Below, in pieces: positions 1 through 16,436 of a stretch of DNA of 64,000 nt. Both the position numbers and the translations under genes were made by a program. This DNA comes from Takakia lepidozioides (taxonomy: Eukaryota > Plantae > Bryophyta), in assembly GCA_030704615.1 (NCBI GenBank), contig CM060731.1, positions 42,966,001-43,030,000 of the forward strand, written 5' to 3'. Within the stretch, counting starts at the first letter, position 1; every line of letters begins with the position of its first letter. The notes beneath the pieces were generated by a model. It saw only the letters and a program-made list of their open reading frames with translations, was not told where the DNA came from and made no database searches.

Positions 1-3042
<3,042 letters not shown>

Positions 3043-4280
3043 GAAAAGTCTTGTTTTTTAGAAAGCACTGTAGGTTGTGCTGGCGATTGTTAAAATCTGT
3101 GGAGGGGTGCTTCATCGCTCACACTGGGTGTTGGTGATGCCGAAGGAAGTAGTATATAGCTGTGGTTTTCGTCTCAGCTGTGGAGGATGGAAGCTATTTG
3201 ATGCTAGGTGGGATTCTTGGAAAGGCATCTTGAATTGATTTGCCTTTAGAGTTAGCAGCAGTTGGAGTTGTGGCTAAATTCATCTACCAAGGCTATGCTT
3301 TCATTTGAGGTTGAAAGTAGGTAGTTCTGATAGTAGTGGATTTGATAGGAGGTGAATATTGCAGGTGGGGTAGTTTCTACTTAGGGTTTGATGACAGGGA
3401 AAGTTGGTGTTGGCAGCAGTTTCTACTTTGGCTGCCCTTTCTTGTACGGCACACAGTGGGGTCAAAAGTAGGGAACGGTGATTATTTTTTCAGGTTTCTT
3501 CTCTTGAATGTAAAGGTCTCCCTTCAGTGATCATGGCCGATTGGTTACAATTTATCTGGTTTGTGGTGGTGAGGCTGATACATGTTCACCATTATGGTAC
3601 ATAGTGGGCTTCTGCACTCTGCTTCAACCTGCATGCCACAGATGTTCCTTGGAATGGAAATATATGAATGGTGAGAAGTGGAGACGATGATTGTGGAGAT
3701 GAAGTGGACAAATTCACGGTGATGGAGTTTCATACAGTGTCATGCAGTAGGAAGGTTCCATTAACCTTGTAGTTTCCAAGGAAATCAGTAACAGTTGAAG
3801 TACATGCTCCAATGACTCAATACATCCTCTAGTTTCCGCATTGTGAATCACAATATTTTAGTACTTCCTTTTAGTCAGTAGCCGGCCGATGCATTGGATA
3901 AGAGAGAATGGAAGGAAAAATCAGAAATTTCATAATACTTGGCACTTGCTTAGATAGTCATGGCCTTATAATTACAGCTACATTCTATCTGTCAGATAAA
4001 AGTACTTGCAGAAAAGATTTGAAGGAGAGAAGATGTATGCTCTTCCTTTATAAGGCAGACAACATTTATCCGAATGCTTGTGATGTACACCATCAAATTG
4101 GCCAACAGCAGGACATTCCCCGCAGTTCATTTAAAATAAGCCTGCAAAGACGAGCATTCTCTAGACAATGAATGAATGAATACATTTACACGGCTGAACT
4201 TCTCCGGTAATTTTACATAAATACACTACTGATCACCCAAATCCTACTTTGAGCAGCAAAATTGAATGAAACAAATGAAG

Positions 4281-7060
4281 TTAGTTTGTGCTCTGGCTAC
4301 TGATGGGTGCTTTAATTCCATTGGAAGCGTCCAAATTCAGACGCCTTCTGGCAGCCTTGCATCGGAAACACCACACCTCGAAGGCCTCACTTAAATCGGG
4401 ATACCTGAACACAAGTGATCAATCTCTGGTCAACGGGAGCCACACTGAACAAGATGGAGCATCAGCCATTATAAAACTCCAGACTACCTCGTGAAAGGAG
4501 GGCACTATCCAATGACCACTAAAATTTTACAGGCATCTTTCCACCCTACTTTTCCCTGGAAGACTCTAAGGACCTTTAGGTGCTCGGTGAGGCATGCCTT
4601 TCCTGCTAGCAGGGTCGCATCGTGTACCTCCCAGCCTAGTGGAGTGGGGTCCAAGTTCATCTACACTTACATTGCCCTCATTACTTGGGTATGCTTGGAA
4701 AGCCAATGGACGCAGCTTTTGATGTTCATAGAAACAAAATGCAAGCTAAATGAGCCTTATGCAGTTCCTTGGGTCATCCTAAAACAAACCTTGATAAGGT
4801 GGTCTATTTTTTACCTAGACTATATCACTTTGAGGCATATGTATGTACATATTCACCATTACAAATACAAAAAGAACAAGGGTATGGATTACCTCGCCTG
4901 ATCAGTTTTCAACCAGTCTGCCAGAATATCAGCCTGGTCACACGAAGGCAAAGACAATATGAGGGAAACAAGGGATGCCTCGATGTTCTGAGAGAGATCC
5001 AGGTCCATTTTCAGTGACATTTTTTCGGCAGCAAACTGTGAATCAAAGAGGGGTTTTGTCTCCCGAATGAAAGGGAGCCACACTTTGACCAATTGGGTGC
5101 GCTGCTCGGCTGTGAGGATGACACTGCCATAGCCAACTGCCTCCAGCACTTTTGAGGCAATCTCTACCACTCTCAACTTGGTGTCCCAGAATACCTCCCT
5201 CAATATCTCGCCCTTCAGAGCCCCGGTGACATCACTAGATGCATCTGACCAAAACCCCACAAGCTCCAGATGCAGGCCAACACGGGGAAGAACCCGGGAT
5301 GCCCACACAAGGTCCGAAACTTTCTCAAGCAGGACTTCCTCCGAGAGCTCAATGCCTAGGTTGTCCTTTGAGAGAAGGGTAGCAAGCTCTAGCTTGAAGC
5401 TGTTAAATACTTCGGAGAAACATTTTCTCAATTCAGATTTGATGTGATCGTCGGCTATGAGGAGGGGGGCATCATCATCTTCCACAAGCATGTACTCCAC
5501 CTGTGCAGTGCATATTTCCTATCATTACTTGACCAAAAGTGCTTTGACAGCTTACCTCATGAGGCACTCCATCTGCGGAAAACGGTTGGGTCTTTTGATG
5601 TTTCCTTTTCGGTTTTCTCTTGTCTCAAAGCAGTCAACCTCTGCTCTGAACATGTGACTCCAATGCAGTGTAATGAGCATGGCTATGTAGAATACTGCAT
5701 GACTGCATGGCTGTAATTGTGCCCTCAGCTTGTGCAAGATTACAACAGTCAGTCAAATCAAGATGCTAGGTCCCCTGCAGATAGCTCTTCAGTCAAACTA
5801 CGCTCACAAGTATGTCATACCCTGGCACCATGGCCAACCTGGAAAAAGTTGCAAGTAGCAACCAAGCTGATAGAGATTTCTGACCGTTTACGTAATGCAG
5901 ACATGGTTTAACTAAGATAGATAGCCTATACTTCATACCATACAAAGCCCTGAAAGCTACCTGCTCTTGGGCTGCCACTTTCAACTCACTCGGAAAACTC
6001 TCAAGGTTGTATGATTTCCGCTCCGGTAAGGTGGCCACGCGGATAGCTGACAGAAAGACATTGCGGATAGAGTCGGGATCCACAGGCTGCAGACGGGCCA
6101 AAACAGGTACCACCTCTGGCCCCAGGCCTGCGACCAGTTTCTGTTTTGAGCAAACCATGGCTGAGACGCATGGACCACGCACATGTTCAATGAGGATAGA
6201 AATTAAGCAAATAAGGATAATCAATGTCGATCCCTCCGATATGTTCAAAATAATTCATAGACAGTTAGGTTGCCTGAACAAACTGCATTGCAGAATCTAA
6301 TCATAGACACAGACATTTGAAAATTAGTCTCAGACTTCTGGAGCACAACACCCCTCTTTTCTTCCCCTCTCCGCTTCGGCTTAGGTTGAACCCCAGAGAC
6401 CTAGGTTCATGTATCAATAGACCTACACATATTCTAAAACCAAAACTATGTGAAGGAAGAGGCATCTGATCTTCTTTGCAATTGAGGTGTCAGGGTATAC
6501 TGTCCAGCCTTCTTCCACAGAAGGAACGACAATTATCTAGAATAATGCCCAACCACCAGCCGTGGGGTAGTGGCAGAAACAGAATTCATACCTGGCAGTG
6601 TTTTCAAGATTTCTTCCTCCTCGTTCTCCTCCCATGGCACAGCCTCCAGGTATTGTGCACACTTTGTAACAATGGCACTGCACCCAAGCTTTGTGGCAAC
6701 CTTTAGAATACCAAGCGCATTCTTTACACTGTGCCACATGTCACCAACTGGTTCATTGCTGCTAGTGTAGAGCAAGCGCAGAAGAGTGATGTGGTGGTCA
6801 ATGTCACTTTCCAAACAACTTATCTCAATGCAGCTCCGTGAGTCCAGGAAATGGTAGGTTGGCCAATCGTCTGAGAGGCGCATTGCAAAGTACTTGCTCT
6901 TTGCTGACAGAACCTCTGAGTGCGAATACATCCACTCATCACGGCCATCAGTTGTTCTTAGTCTTACTATCACGTCGCTGCCAGCCCGATCCCCTAGCCT
7001 CCTCACACAGGGACTGGCACATTCGGTAGACTTGGTGGTCTCAAATTCATTCTTGGCCAT
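4281..7060 (-). CDS. BTB/POZ-domain protein, At3g05675-like
   Basis: Exons 7060-6592, 6127-5961, 5500-4893 and 4404-4281 have phase-compatible GT-AG junctions. Motifs SDVIVRLRT..GRDEW.YSHS..L..KSKYF, CAQYLEAVPWEENEEEEILK and YPDLSEAFEVWCFRCKAARRRL are typical of this plant family. Confidence 0.9.
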
Positions 7061-10000
7061 AACTTGTGCTGTAATGTCCAGGGAAATTAAGTATATTGAG
7101 AGGTGACAACTCTAGTCCCCATTGTGGTTCAATCTCATAGATCCCCCTAAAGCTTATCCCTGAAATGCATGTCCTGTGCAAGCAACCCCATGCCGATTCC
7201 TTTGCTAACAAATGGAGTCACCATAAACATCAATACAAAAGATGTCATCCCATCCACATCATGACACATGGACAGACAAGGGTCTTCAGCAGCAGCTGCC
7301 GAGAGATGAAACACCCTGCAAAAAGTTGTTACTTTCTATTTCATGTGTCTTAAAGCATGAACCTGTCTGATATACTCAGATATGGTTCATGGGTAGATTA
7401 TATGTGATTGTCTATGTATAATCAGACCAGGACCTGGATCTGATGGCTCAAGGAAAAGATGGCATGCAGAACCTGAAAGTGCCAAGCTCTGCCCTGGGCA
7501 AGGATAGGTATATCTATCTCAGCAAAATCGTTCTCTACAGGTACAAATCATGAAACTACTTGTTCAATAATGTGAATCCCAGATTCCTTGCGATTTAGTT
7601 GTTTCTACGGATGTTCATCCACATCTGGGTTCAGACTAGATATGGGCATAAGAGAGGGAGACGTTTCTAGCACTTGCAGGCGGCAAGGGAAACCCTTGAA
7701 TTGCGTCATAAAGGCTGCTGCTGCCCATATGCGCTGTTCATCACTGCAACAATATAACCCAATGACTCCATGTCAGCTCCACACTCGTTTCAAAGCTGCT
7801 AGTTTTTTACTCAACCCCTCCAAGTGAAGAAGGCTATAAAGATGCTGTGATGTTGCCTTTAGTGGCCACCCATAGTCTAGGAGGTGACCTCCATTTTACC
7901 CCTCAGTTCTTGCAATTTGATCACATGAAAGTTTAAACTCTCACTCTATTGATAAGTGATTGAAAACTCAGAGGTGGTGGCTCTGTGTAGAAAATGCATA
8001 CAACTCCACCTCTTTGAGGTTCCTCCATCTAACAGGACCCTTCTGCTTTCCCTGGATGTGGGAAGGCTTGCTTCTGAGCAAAGATTACGACGACTTACCT
8101 TTTATGACATTCAATGATGGCACTACAGTTGTCCTCTTGGAAGTCAATCAGATCCCAGACAAGGGCTCCCCCGATAATGCCGTACAGTCCTGTGAGTGCT
8201 GCTTCTACCAATTCTGTAAAAACAGCTCCTGTAACTTTGATTGGGCCGGAATTGAGCACCCTGTTCCACAAGAATTATGAACAGACTGAGTAGAGTACTA
8301 GGCAAAGTCCATCACGGTTGACTGTGTAAATTTTTCAAGGTAGAATCTATCACCTGTAGCCGTTAGAAGTAACTGAGCATAGTGTCTATTCATCACATCA
8401 ATCATTAGGGACGTGACCAGCTTGTTTTGTTCCTATGACTGCAGGCTTTCAGAAGCTCAGGCCACCATGCTCTATCACATGCATGACAAACTTCACAGAG
8501 ACTTCACCAAATGTTGTTGATGCAATAGAAAGCATGAAACTTAAAACAATAAAGTTACTAAAATTTCACAACAATAGCTGTGTTGACTTTCTTCGTGGCA
8601 CTGCTATGCCATGATCAGATCATTAATCTAATGAGATAGACATTTTTTCCAAGGGTGCAATGCAGAAGGACAAGTTCAATTCCTGGTAATACCCTGTCAA
8701 GATTCTGTCTGAATTCCAATGTCTACATTTTCAATTAATTATAAAATGCTTACAAGGAAAGGCGGACAGAGGTGTATGCCAGCTTGCTCTGTCCTCGTGG
8801 CTTACTTGTAAGCATCTTATTAGTTTTCTATTAGACCTCCCATCTGACAAGTATTTGCGGTCGCCCCTCCTTAGTACACATGCTTGCCTCCTGCCTATCT
8901 CATTCCCCGTAACTCCCCACCTCTCTCTGTATCACCTGCATTTACAGATAGTTGCAACAATTACAAAATAATGTTTTGTGAATGTGAATTCAGGACAGAC
9001 TACCTTCAGCAACTAAGCATCGACAATGTGTGTCTAGCCCAATCTAGCATGAGGTATAATTAACAAGCCACGTCAACCCAGATCCACTGGATTTGGAAGG
9101 GGCAGACAGGCAACTGCGGACATTATAAAGTTCCATTTCATTTCATTTCTCTCTGATGCCCGCAACATGGAAATTTTAGTTGCACTCAGATCATGATAGG
9201 AATCGATGATGAGATGCAACTCCATCTTCCAGTTCCAAGCACATACAATTACATGAAATCTGCGTCTCCACTTATACCTCATCATCTAGGTTTATTACTT
9301 GAGCTCCATCCTTCAAAAGGAATATCTCAATACCTTCAATGCTACTCTAACACCTGTCTTCCCCAGTCCCGGTCTGTTTGTCAAATTTCAGAAAAACCCT
9401 CTACCACCATCTCATTATAGGAGAGAGAGCACCACAGGGGTCAAAATCTCTTAGACAACCTCCAGAACCACTTCAGGGGGCCACTAAAAGCAAAAACTGT
9501 TGCTAAGCAAATGTAGCTGTGTCCTTCACAATCAGACCTTTTTCACCATTAGCGCATTCATCCAACTGTGAGAAATTACTGGCAGCAGCCATCACTGATT
9601 CTCATGGCAGGCTTATTGACATGTTCTGACACAATTTCACTTTTGAGTCTCTATGTGTCTGCCTAATACTAAGGGCATTCGCTTTTACTCCATGAAAAGT
9701 GGTTATTTACCCCACCCCAACCATAAACAAAACAAACATGTCCTTGCCATGAAGGTACCACAAACCTATGAGACTCCCAGCCAAATCTGTCCGGAGGAAA
9801 GATCACACAAAAGATGGATCCAATCCAATATATGAACAGATAGCAAAGTGCATCGAGGTAGGGAGGATTCCGGCGCACACTTAATTCACAAACATAAACC
9901 AGAACACTGTAAACTTCGCAACAATTTCTTTTGGTTTCACAGTATCAACTCCACACGAAGACAAGGAGCGAGAGACGTATTCACAGAGCGTGGGGTGGAC

Positions 10001-10599
10001 AACATACATAACGTGATACAGTATTCTTACTTGGGATGGCAATCCAAGTAGCACAGAAGAGAGAGACACAGTGGAAAGGGAGGGGAGAAAGGATCTGAGA
10101 CAGAGTAGGGGCCAAATATGACAACTCTTTAACAATTCTGATCAAATGCTGCACTATCTCTTCAAAGTAAATCAACCAGGGTACAGTGCATCGTTCCAGC
10201 ATTATTATAACAGCTGACTTAATTCCTTCACAAAAGAAGAGGGAGACATTCACAAACTTCCCAGCGAAATTTGCAATGTCATCCATTCTCATCACTCATC
10301 ACTCATCACTCAGGCGAGAGAACAAAGGGAAGATTCACTAATAAAAACGACATGAAGATGAGCGCGGAGATCCCATACCAGTGTACAGCAGCCTTCCAGC
10401 CACTTCGTCACCTGTGATCACAAACCTGATACAACTCTTTAAGCTACCAAGACCGACCAACACAAATTTCTATCGACATTTACAGCAACAAATTGACATG
10501 TTAGAGACTAGAAGACAGGCTCAGACAAGATTGAGGGCCCCGAGAGAGACGACAGAGCAAAGATCCTGGCGCATCGCACAAAGCACTCTGCTCCACTCC

Positions 10600-10830
10600 A
10601 GCCAGCAGGTGCCTTGCCTGCGCACACCCTGCTGATCCGGGGCTCAATCCTCGGAACTTTAACTTTAATTTTGGATAGACAATTATGATGTATGGATTAT
10701 GGATGGAATCCCGCTCTTCATCCATAGGTCGATAAGATATGTTGCCAACGTGTCGTGGGCCACTTGCGCGTTGTCGTACTCGGGGTAGGCCCACCCGCGG
10801 TCCAGTATTGGACCCTCGGATAAGGGGAAG
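10600..10830 (-). promoter_or_regulatory. Probable promoter of the BTB gene (5' UTR interrupted by a ~3.3-kb intron)
   Basis: CAG acceptor just upstream of the ATG at 7060, a G|GTATG donor near 10379, a CT-rich leader, and site-II motifs TGGGCC (10756) and GGCCCA (10788). Confidence 0.4.
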
Positions 10831-11262
10831 TGTATACACGGGATAGTTAGGACTTTGTGAAAATGGGCACCGACGCCCGGATTTGATACCAGGATCGCAA
10901 TAGCTATTTTCCAACTGCTTTTCTAGGACAGCGATTGGTTGCTGGTGGATTTTAGGCCACATCGGACAATATTTATTTTAAGGATGTATATAGATACATT
11001 TTTAAAAGGGAAACTGGTTGAAACTTGAAACTCTGTCCCCTTTCCATGACCTAAAAATAAATAAAAAATAAAAGGGACTCTAAACTCTAAACGCTGGAGT
11101 CACCCGGGGAACACTAACTGCTCTATGGAACTACCGTGCTTGCCCACCTGCCGGACTAATTAATTTATCTTGAAGAACGTGTCGGGCAGGCTTTTTGGAA
11201 TTTTCTACAGTTCCAACTGTAGGTAGGTCGGAGACTAGTTTAGCGTAAATAGGGTGCCATAG

Positions 11263-11373
11263 TGTCACGTCATCGTCGCCACATCATCGTAAACACGTCA
11301 TCGTAGCCACGTCATCGACGCCACATCATCGTCGTCAGCCACGTCATCGTCGTCAGCCACGTCATCGTCGTCA
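11263..11373. repeat. Tandem array of ~7 units of 15-18 bp, consensus CCACGTCATCGTCG(TCA)G
   Basis: Directly visible; most units contain ACGTCA. Confidence 0.85.
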
Positions 11374-11520
11374 TTTCTCTGTCGGGTGGAACGGAACCTC
11401 GCAGAGCAGATACAAAGAATGTGTAGGGTGAGGCCCGAGGACGGGGGCCTTCCCGAAATGAGGGGCCCGGCACGAACATGGATAGAAGAAGGCAATCGAT
11501 AGAACAAGGCACTGCTAATG

Positions 11521-11845
11521 AAGGCACCTTCTTCAACACATTTCACCCTGTTTTTTTCCTCTTATCAGAATCGGCCCTAAATTTTCATGTTGAAATCTGC
11601 AACTTACATGGTTGAAGAATCTTTGATAGTTTGGAGTGCCTTTGACATGATACTGCCAATGTGACAACAGGAAAGCATCCAGAAACAGGTAACAGAGACG
11701 AGGAGAATATTTTTCTGACCCCAGTCAATGGTGGGACAATCGAGGCAAAAAGGTGAATGCTTGTTGGATTACAGAGAGTAACAGATGCAATTGAGCATAG
11801 GAACTAGTGTGATAAGTTGAGTTGGGTAGAAAAAATCTAGGCTAC
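11521..11845. repeat. ~320-bp dispersed repeat; second copy 24742-25076, partial copy ~24385-24460
   Basis: aaggcaccttcttcaacacatttcaccctg...cttatcagaatcggccctaaa...ttctgaccccagtcaatggtgggaca...aatctaggct is present at both main sites. Confidence 0.85.
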
Positions 11846-12588
11846 ACGAATGAACTTTGTCCGCCCAAACACATGAGAGATCATAATCGCAGCTACAAAT
11901 GACCCCTTGCATCCCCCACATTGTTGTGAAGGCATGGAGGAGTGTTAGCTAATGCTCTGGCTTCCTGGCGACGTCTTCGATCCTACTGCAGCTCGAGAGG
12001 GCCGGGGAGAGATGCGAGAGAGACGGGGCACCTGACCGTTGAACGCCTCTCTGTCATCGCTCTGAGCTCATTCCCCTAATTTTGCTCGTTCATTTACGAA
12101 TCCATGTCTTTGACCTTGATTTCAGTATCTTTTTGGACTTGAAATCAATCATGGAGAGAGGGAGATGGAGCTGGGAAGGACACGTGGGATTGGTGAAAAA
12201 TAAAATGCCCGTTATGGGTGTACACATATATTATTTAAATTTATTGTAGGGGGCTCGGAGTGGAACCTCATTCATATGCCTTATGGCTCCCTATGTAAGG
12301 TTATTTTTTCCTTACCATTTCAATAAAATCTCCAGGGCCATTGTCCCTTGTTCTGTAAAAATAAAATAAAAAATAAAAAAAATTGTAGGGCGTGGGGTAT
12401 CAAGCGAGGAGGGGGGAGTGCGGGCCTTAAATGCGGGCCATGTAGGGCATGGCCCCATAGCAGGCCCTTAAAAGTGTTTCCACGCAGCCTGTCCTATTAA
12501 AATAATAAATTATTACCTTATATATAATGTTTATTACATTAAGTGTAATCAATGGATTTTATCTAGTGTTGGACTGGTATTGAGGGTC

Positions 12589-12850
12589 AACCCTATTTTA
12601 ACTAATTCTGGACTTTTGGCTTAAATCCAGACCAAACTTAATATGTATTTGAATTAAAAATAATTCAAAATTTGTTAATAATATCTTGGATAGTAATGTG
12701 TGATTGAACTTTGTGAAATTACAAGGGATGTCATACTTGCTTCAAAATGTAACATATAAGATGTCCATTTGACATTGAAGTGCTTGTGAAGTTGCAGTGT
12801 AACTCAACAATTCATTGAACGTCGACTGGGAAGTCGAATGATGTAATATT
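12589..12850 (-). mobile_element. Isolated terminus of the Sola-like family (matches the end at 25418)
   Basis: aaccctattttaactaattctggacttttggcttaaatccagaccaaacttaatat matches 25418 aaccctattttaagtaattccggacttttggcttaaatccggacgaaacttaatat; similarity continues to ...aagtcgaatga. Confidence 0.7.
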
Positions 12851-14358
12851 ACATTATGTTACAATCACAATAAACAAATGTGTCGAATCGAACATGGAAT
12901 AGACTCATAGTACTCTACCATACTTATTAATCCACGACCTAATACATGGTATGTTGAACATAGTGGCAAAGATTGAAAGCAAACGAAAATCATTTGGATA
13001 GGCAACCATTCAATCGCCCATTGAATGAATGGGGTTTCGTCTTCGATTATACTGGGATATGTTACATGGTATGCCCTTTGAAGCTCTTTTTGTAGTGTAT
13101 CCTGCCTCGTAATGCGGTGCTTCTCCATGTCCACTTTATCCAATATGTTAATATTCTGCACCTGGAACATATCCGCATATGTGTGTATAAATCCTTAAAA
13201 AAACAAATGACCATCTCAACTTTTATAAGCCTCATCCCCAGCTTCCAGTTTTGATACTCATTTGTTTTTTTAAGTTATATACGCATGTGTGGATGTGTTC
13301 CAGATGGAAGATATTAGCATTGGAAAAATAAGAGCTGAAGAAGCACCTCATTACAAAGCAAGAGACATTACAGAAGACCTCAGCATGTTGAACATCTGGA
13401 TGAAGAACCTTGTCCATCGTCGCTTCAAAGTTCTAGCGCTTCTGAAATGATCACATGTTTGTTGGTGGAAGCAGATCTCGTAGGCCACATTGATCTCGTA
13501 CCCATCAAAGACTCCTGTAGGCCACATAGAACGATCCATGTGATACATTTTCACAAATGTGATGTGATACATTTGTGAAATGGTATCACATCAACCGTTT
13601 AATGTGGCCAATGCACGTCTTCCACACCATGGCGGAAATGTTCGTCACTTGAAAGCACAAACACAAATAATTCGTGCAAACAATCTCAAGAATCATATGT
13701 ACTGCAAGGTGTTTCATACTGCTGATGTTCATGTAGCTGAATTATTTAGGAATCGTTTTGCTACTCCCATGCCAACAACATCAGGTCTACTGCGAGTGTC
13801 ATATTCTGAATTCCGTAACAGTCACCACGGACATGAAACTAGGAACTTCGCACAAAATCTCCAATTCATTCAATTTATGGTGGGCCGTGGCTGCAGCCTG
13901 CAAGCTGGCCGGGGTGGCTGATACGTCCGTTTGAACATGACAGTCGCAGAGGACGTTGACATGGGAATAGCAAAAAAAGTACTACAGAATTCAGCTAGAG
14001 GAACAACAATAGCATGAAGTAGAGACCTAGTATCAAACGTTCGGAGGTCGCATGTGCACCTATTACTTTCCGATCCATGCCTCTCATGGAAGTGTCGCAC
14101 AGTTGAATGAGATGAGACGTTTGTTGTCTAACTCCTACAGAACTAATATATCGTTTTCTCATAACCCTATCCGAAACCTTGGAACATTACAAATATAAAC
14201 AGTGAGCCAGTACACAAACCATTTATGTTGCGATGACAGGTGCCAGGATCGAGCATATGCAATGTAGTATTTACAATGGGAATTTATTTATTACATGCAC
14301 GATCAAAATTGAGTTATGTCTTCATAAAAGAACCATTGTACCGCCATAAATCTCATAT

Positions 14359-15713
14359 CTACGAGACTGTGGTTGACTCCGTCCTATATACGTCTTTCGG
14401 CTCAGGCCAATTGAATGGCTTGCCCATGAACCGAAGTACTACATGGGCTAATGTGACTATCTCATTCTTGTTGTTGTCGTACAACTTTTGTAGCATTGAA
14501 TGCCAACAACCTTCCGTAAATTGGTCCTGGAACATACTTTGATCATAATGAGCGCCGTCATTTATTCGTACCACTATCTTCCCAACAGCAAAGGCCTCCG
14601 ACGTCATGTCCTGGGGGGGGGGGGGACATTCGCATTGAAAACCGATGCAATATCTTTTTCCACCCACCATCTTTTCGCGAGTTCCCGGTCCAGCTTGTCT
14701 TGGTTTTCAAACTGGTACGGCGAGGCTTTGCGTATGCCCAATGGGGTGGCTAAGCCCCAATCACACACCCCAATCTTGATCTCCTCGGTGTCATTTGGAA
14801 AATGCAACAAGATGTTGTCGGGGGACAAGTCGTTGTGCATGACACCGTTCTTGTGGACAACATCCATGATGCACATCAGTGCCCATGCAAGTTTACTGCG
14901 CACTTTTCGGAAATGAAGCAAGCGATCGCATTCCTGGAATTCTGCTTCCGTTCCCATTTGTTCTAAAATCACCTTGTTGTCCGAATCGTTGCCCAATTTT
15001 TTGTCAAGGTTCATCATGTCGCGTATTGTCCCCCCATTCCACCAGCGAGTGTAACCCTCTACCTCACGTGCATTCACAGCAAAATACGAGATAACACCCG
15101 GATGCTAGAACTTCACTGCCAAACACTCGTCGTTATGTTGTCTCAACTTTTTTTCTGGATTTTTGGACTTGGGTTTTTTTCCCGCTAGCTCCCAATGCTC
15201 CGGTATTCTAGAATCGCCAACAATCCTACAGTGACGGACCTTAGCATACCCTCCTTATTTGTAAGGGCCAATCTCTACCACCTTCGCACTAGAGTTCGGG
15301 TAATAAAGACCAGTTGTGCCTCCCTCGCCCGATGACCCCGCCTTCCAAGAGACAACCCTAGTCCGGCGATGTGAATTCTGACCTGCCGAGCAAGCCCAAT
15401 ACTCAACACGCCGCATTAACTCAGCTTCGGCGGAGAACACTCGACCCTTGGTTGTTCTACCTTTCCATGTCTTCATTAGCTGCCTCAAATTCCACGTGGC
15501 GTCTTTCGCCCTGCTTTGGATCCACCGATTAAACTTCGGCTTGTCCCTGTCCGCCATCCACGTAGCCCCCGCCAAAGCGTTTGTCATTTTCCTCTCCATA
15601 TTTTGCTGAAAAATCTGAAACCCCTCCCATCCATGCCTAACATAAGCACTCTCCAGCCTCATCATGTCTCTACCCTTGAAATAATCCACTACCACTTCTT
15701 TCACCCTATCCAA
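14359..15713 (-). pseudogene. Intronless protein kinase pseudogene (non-RD), divergent from the MULE transposase
   Basis: Reading through two stops gives GPYK*GGYAKV (Gly loop), ELAGKK, HPGVI, HNDLSPDNILL (catalytic loop) and DWGLA. A frameshift in the G-run at ~14612-14625 leads into SEAFAVGK. Confidence 0.8.
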
Positions 15714-16436
15714 GGCATCCGGTCCCGGGTAGTCTGGCTATCCCGCTCGTGGGCACGTTTTCTCTTCCTCCGCCCCCCAGGCGACCCCGCCCCAGAACTT
15801 GAATTCACAACCCCCGACATTGTATAAACCTTTGCCCACTACAAGGTCCAAAACCTCATAAAATGACAATGAACGTGTGTGGATGGTGTCTTCGTAGTTT
15901 TCTGCAAAAAAACAGGCCGCCGGAGATCCGGAAACGGCAAAATGGTGATACAATGATTGTACCGTGAACAAGTGTGTGGGACTGACCAATAGAAAATCGA
16001 CAAAACCTCTCCCCCCAAATAATCACATTTGTACCTCCCGTTGGCAGTGCCAAGCAACGAAGTCCGAAAGAACTACAGGATGCCAAGGAACCACACCACA
16101 AGAGGGGCAAAAGTGATCAGAAAAGGAGGGGGGAATGGTTTACATAGGCGCCCACCAGCGCCCACCAGCGCCCCCCCCCCCCCCCCCCCCAACAAAATGA
16201 CATTATGCTTGAAAAGGCGCGACTAGCCAGTCGCACCTCGCCACGCGCACCCACATGGGAGAGGTCAAGGGTTCAAAACCACCTCCCCCCCATCCCATTT
16301 GTTTCGTTTTTCTTGACCCGTGACACCTCGCCACGTGGCTGGCCGAGGCGCCGCTTCATGATTAAAATGAGGGAGTCATATTCCCAGCACGAGCACCGCA
16401 GTTCGATCTATTCTTGAAATTCTGCGAGGGCTTCAC

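Noticed and set aside
7165-10295. Multiple 60-105 aa ORFs
   Set aside because: No motifs; they lie in the inferred 5' UTR intron of the BTB gene
12865-14100. Short exon-like ORFs next to the isolated Sola end
   Set aside because: Could not be assembled into a coherent protein or assigned to a family
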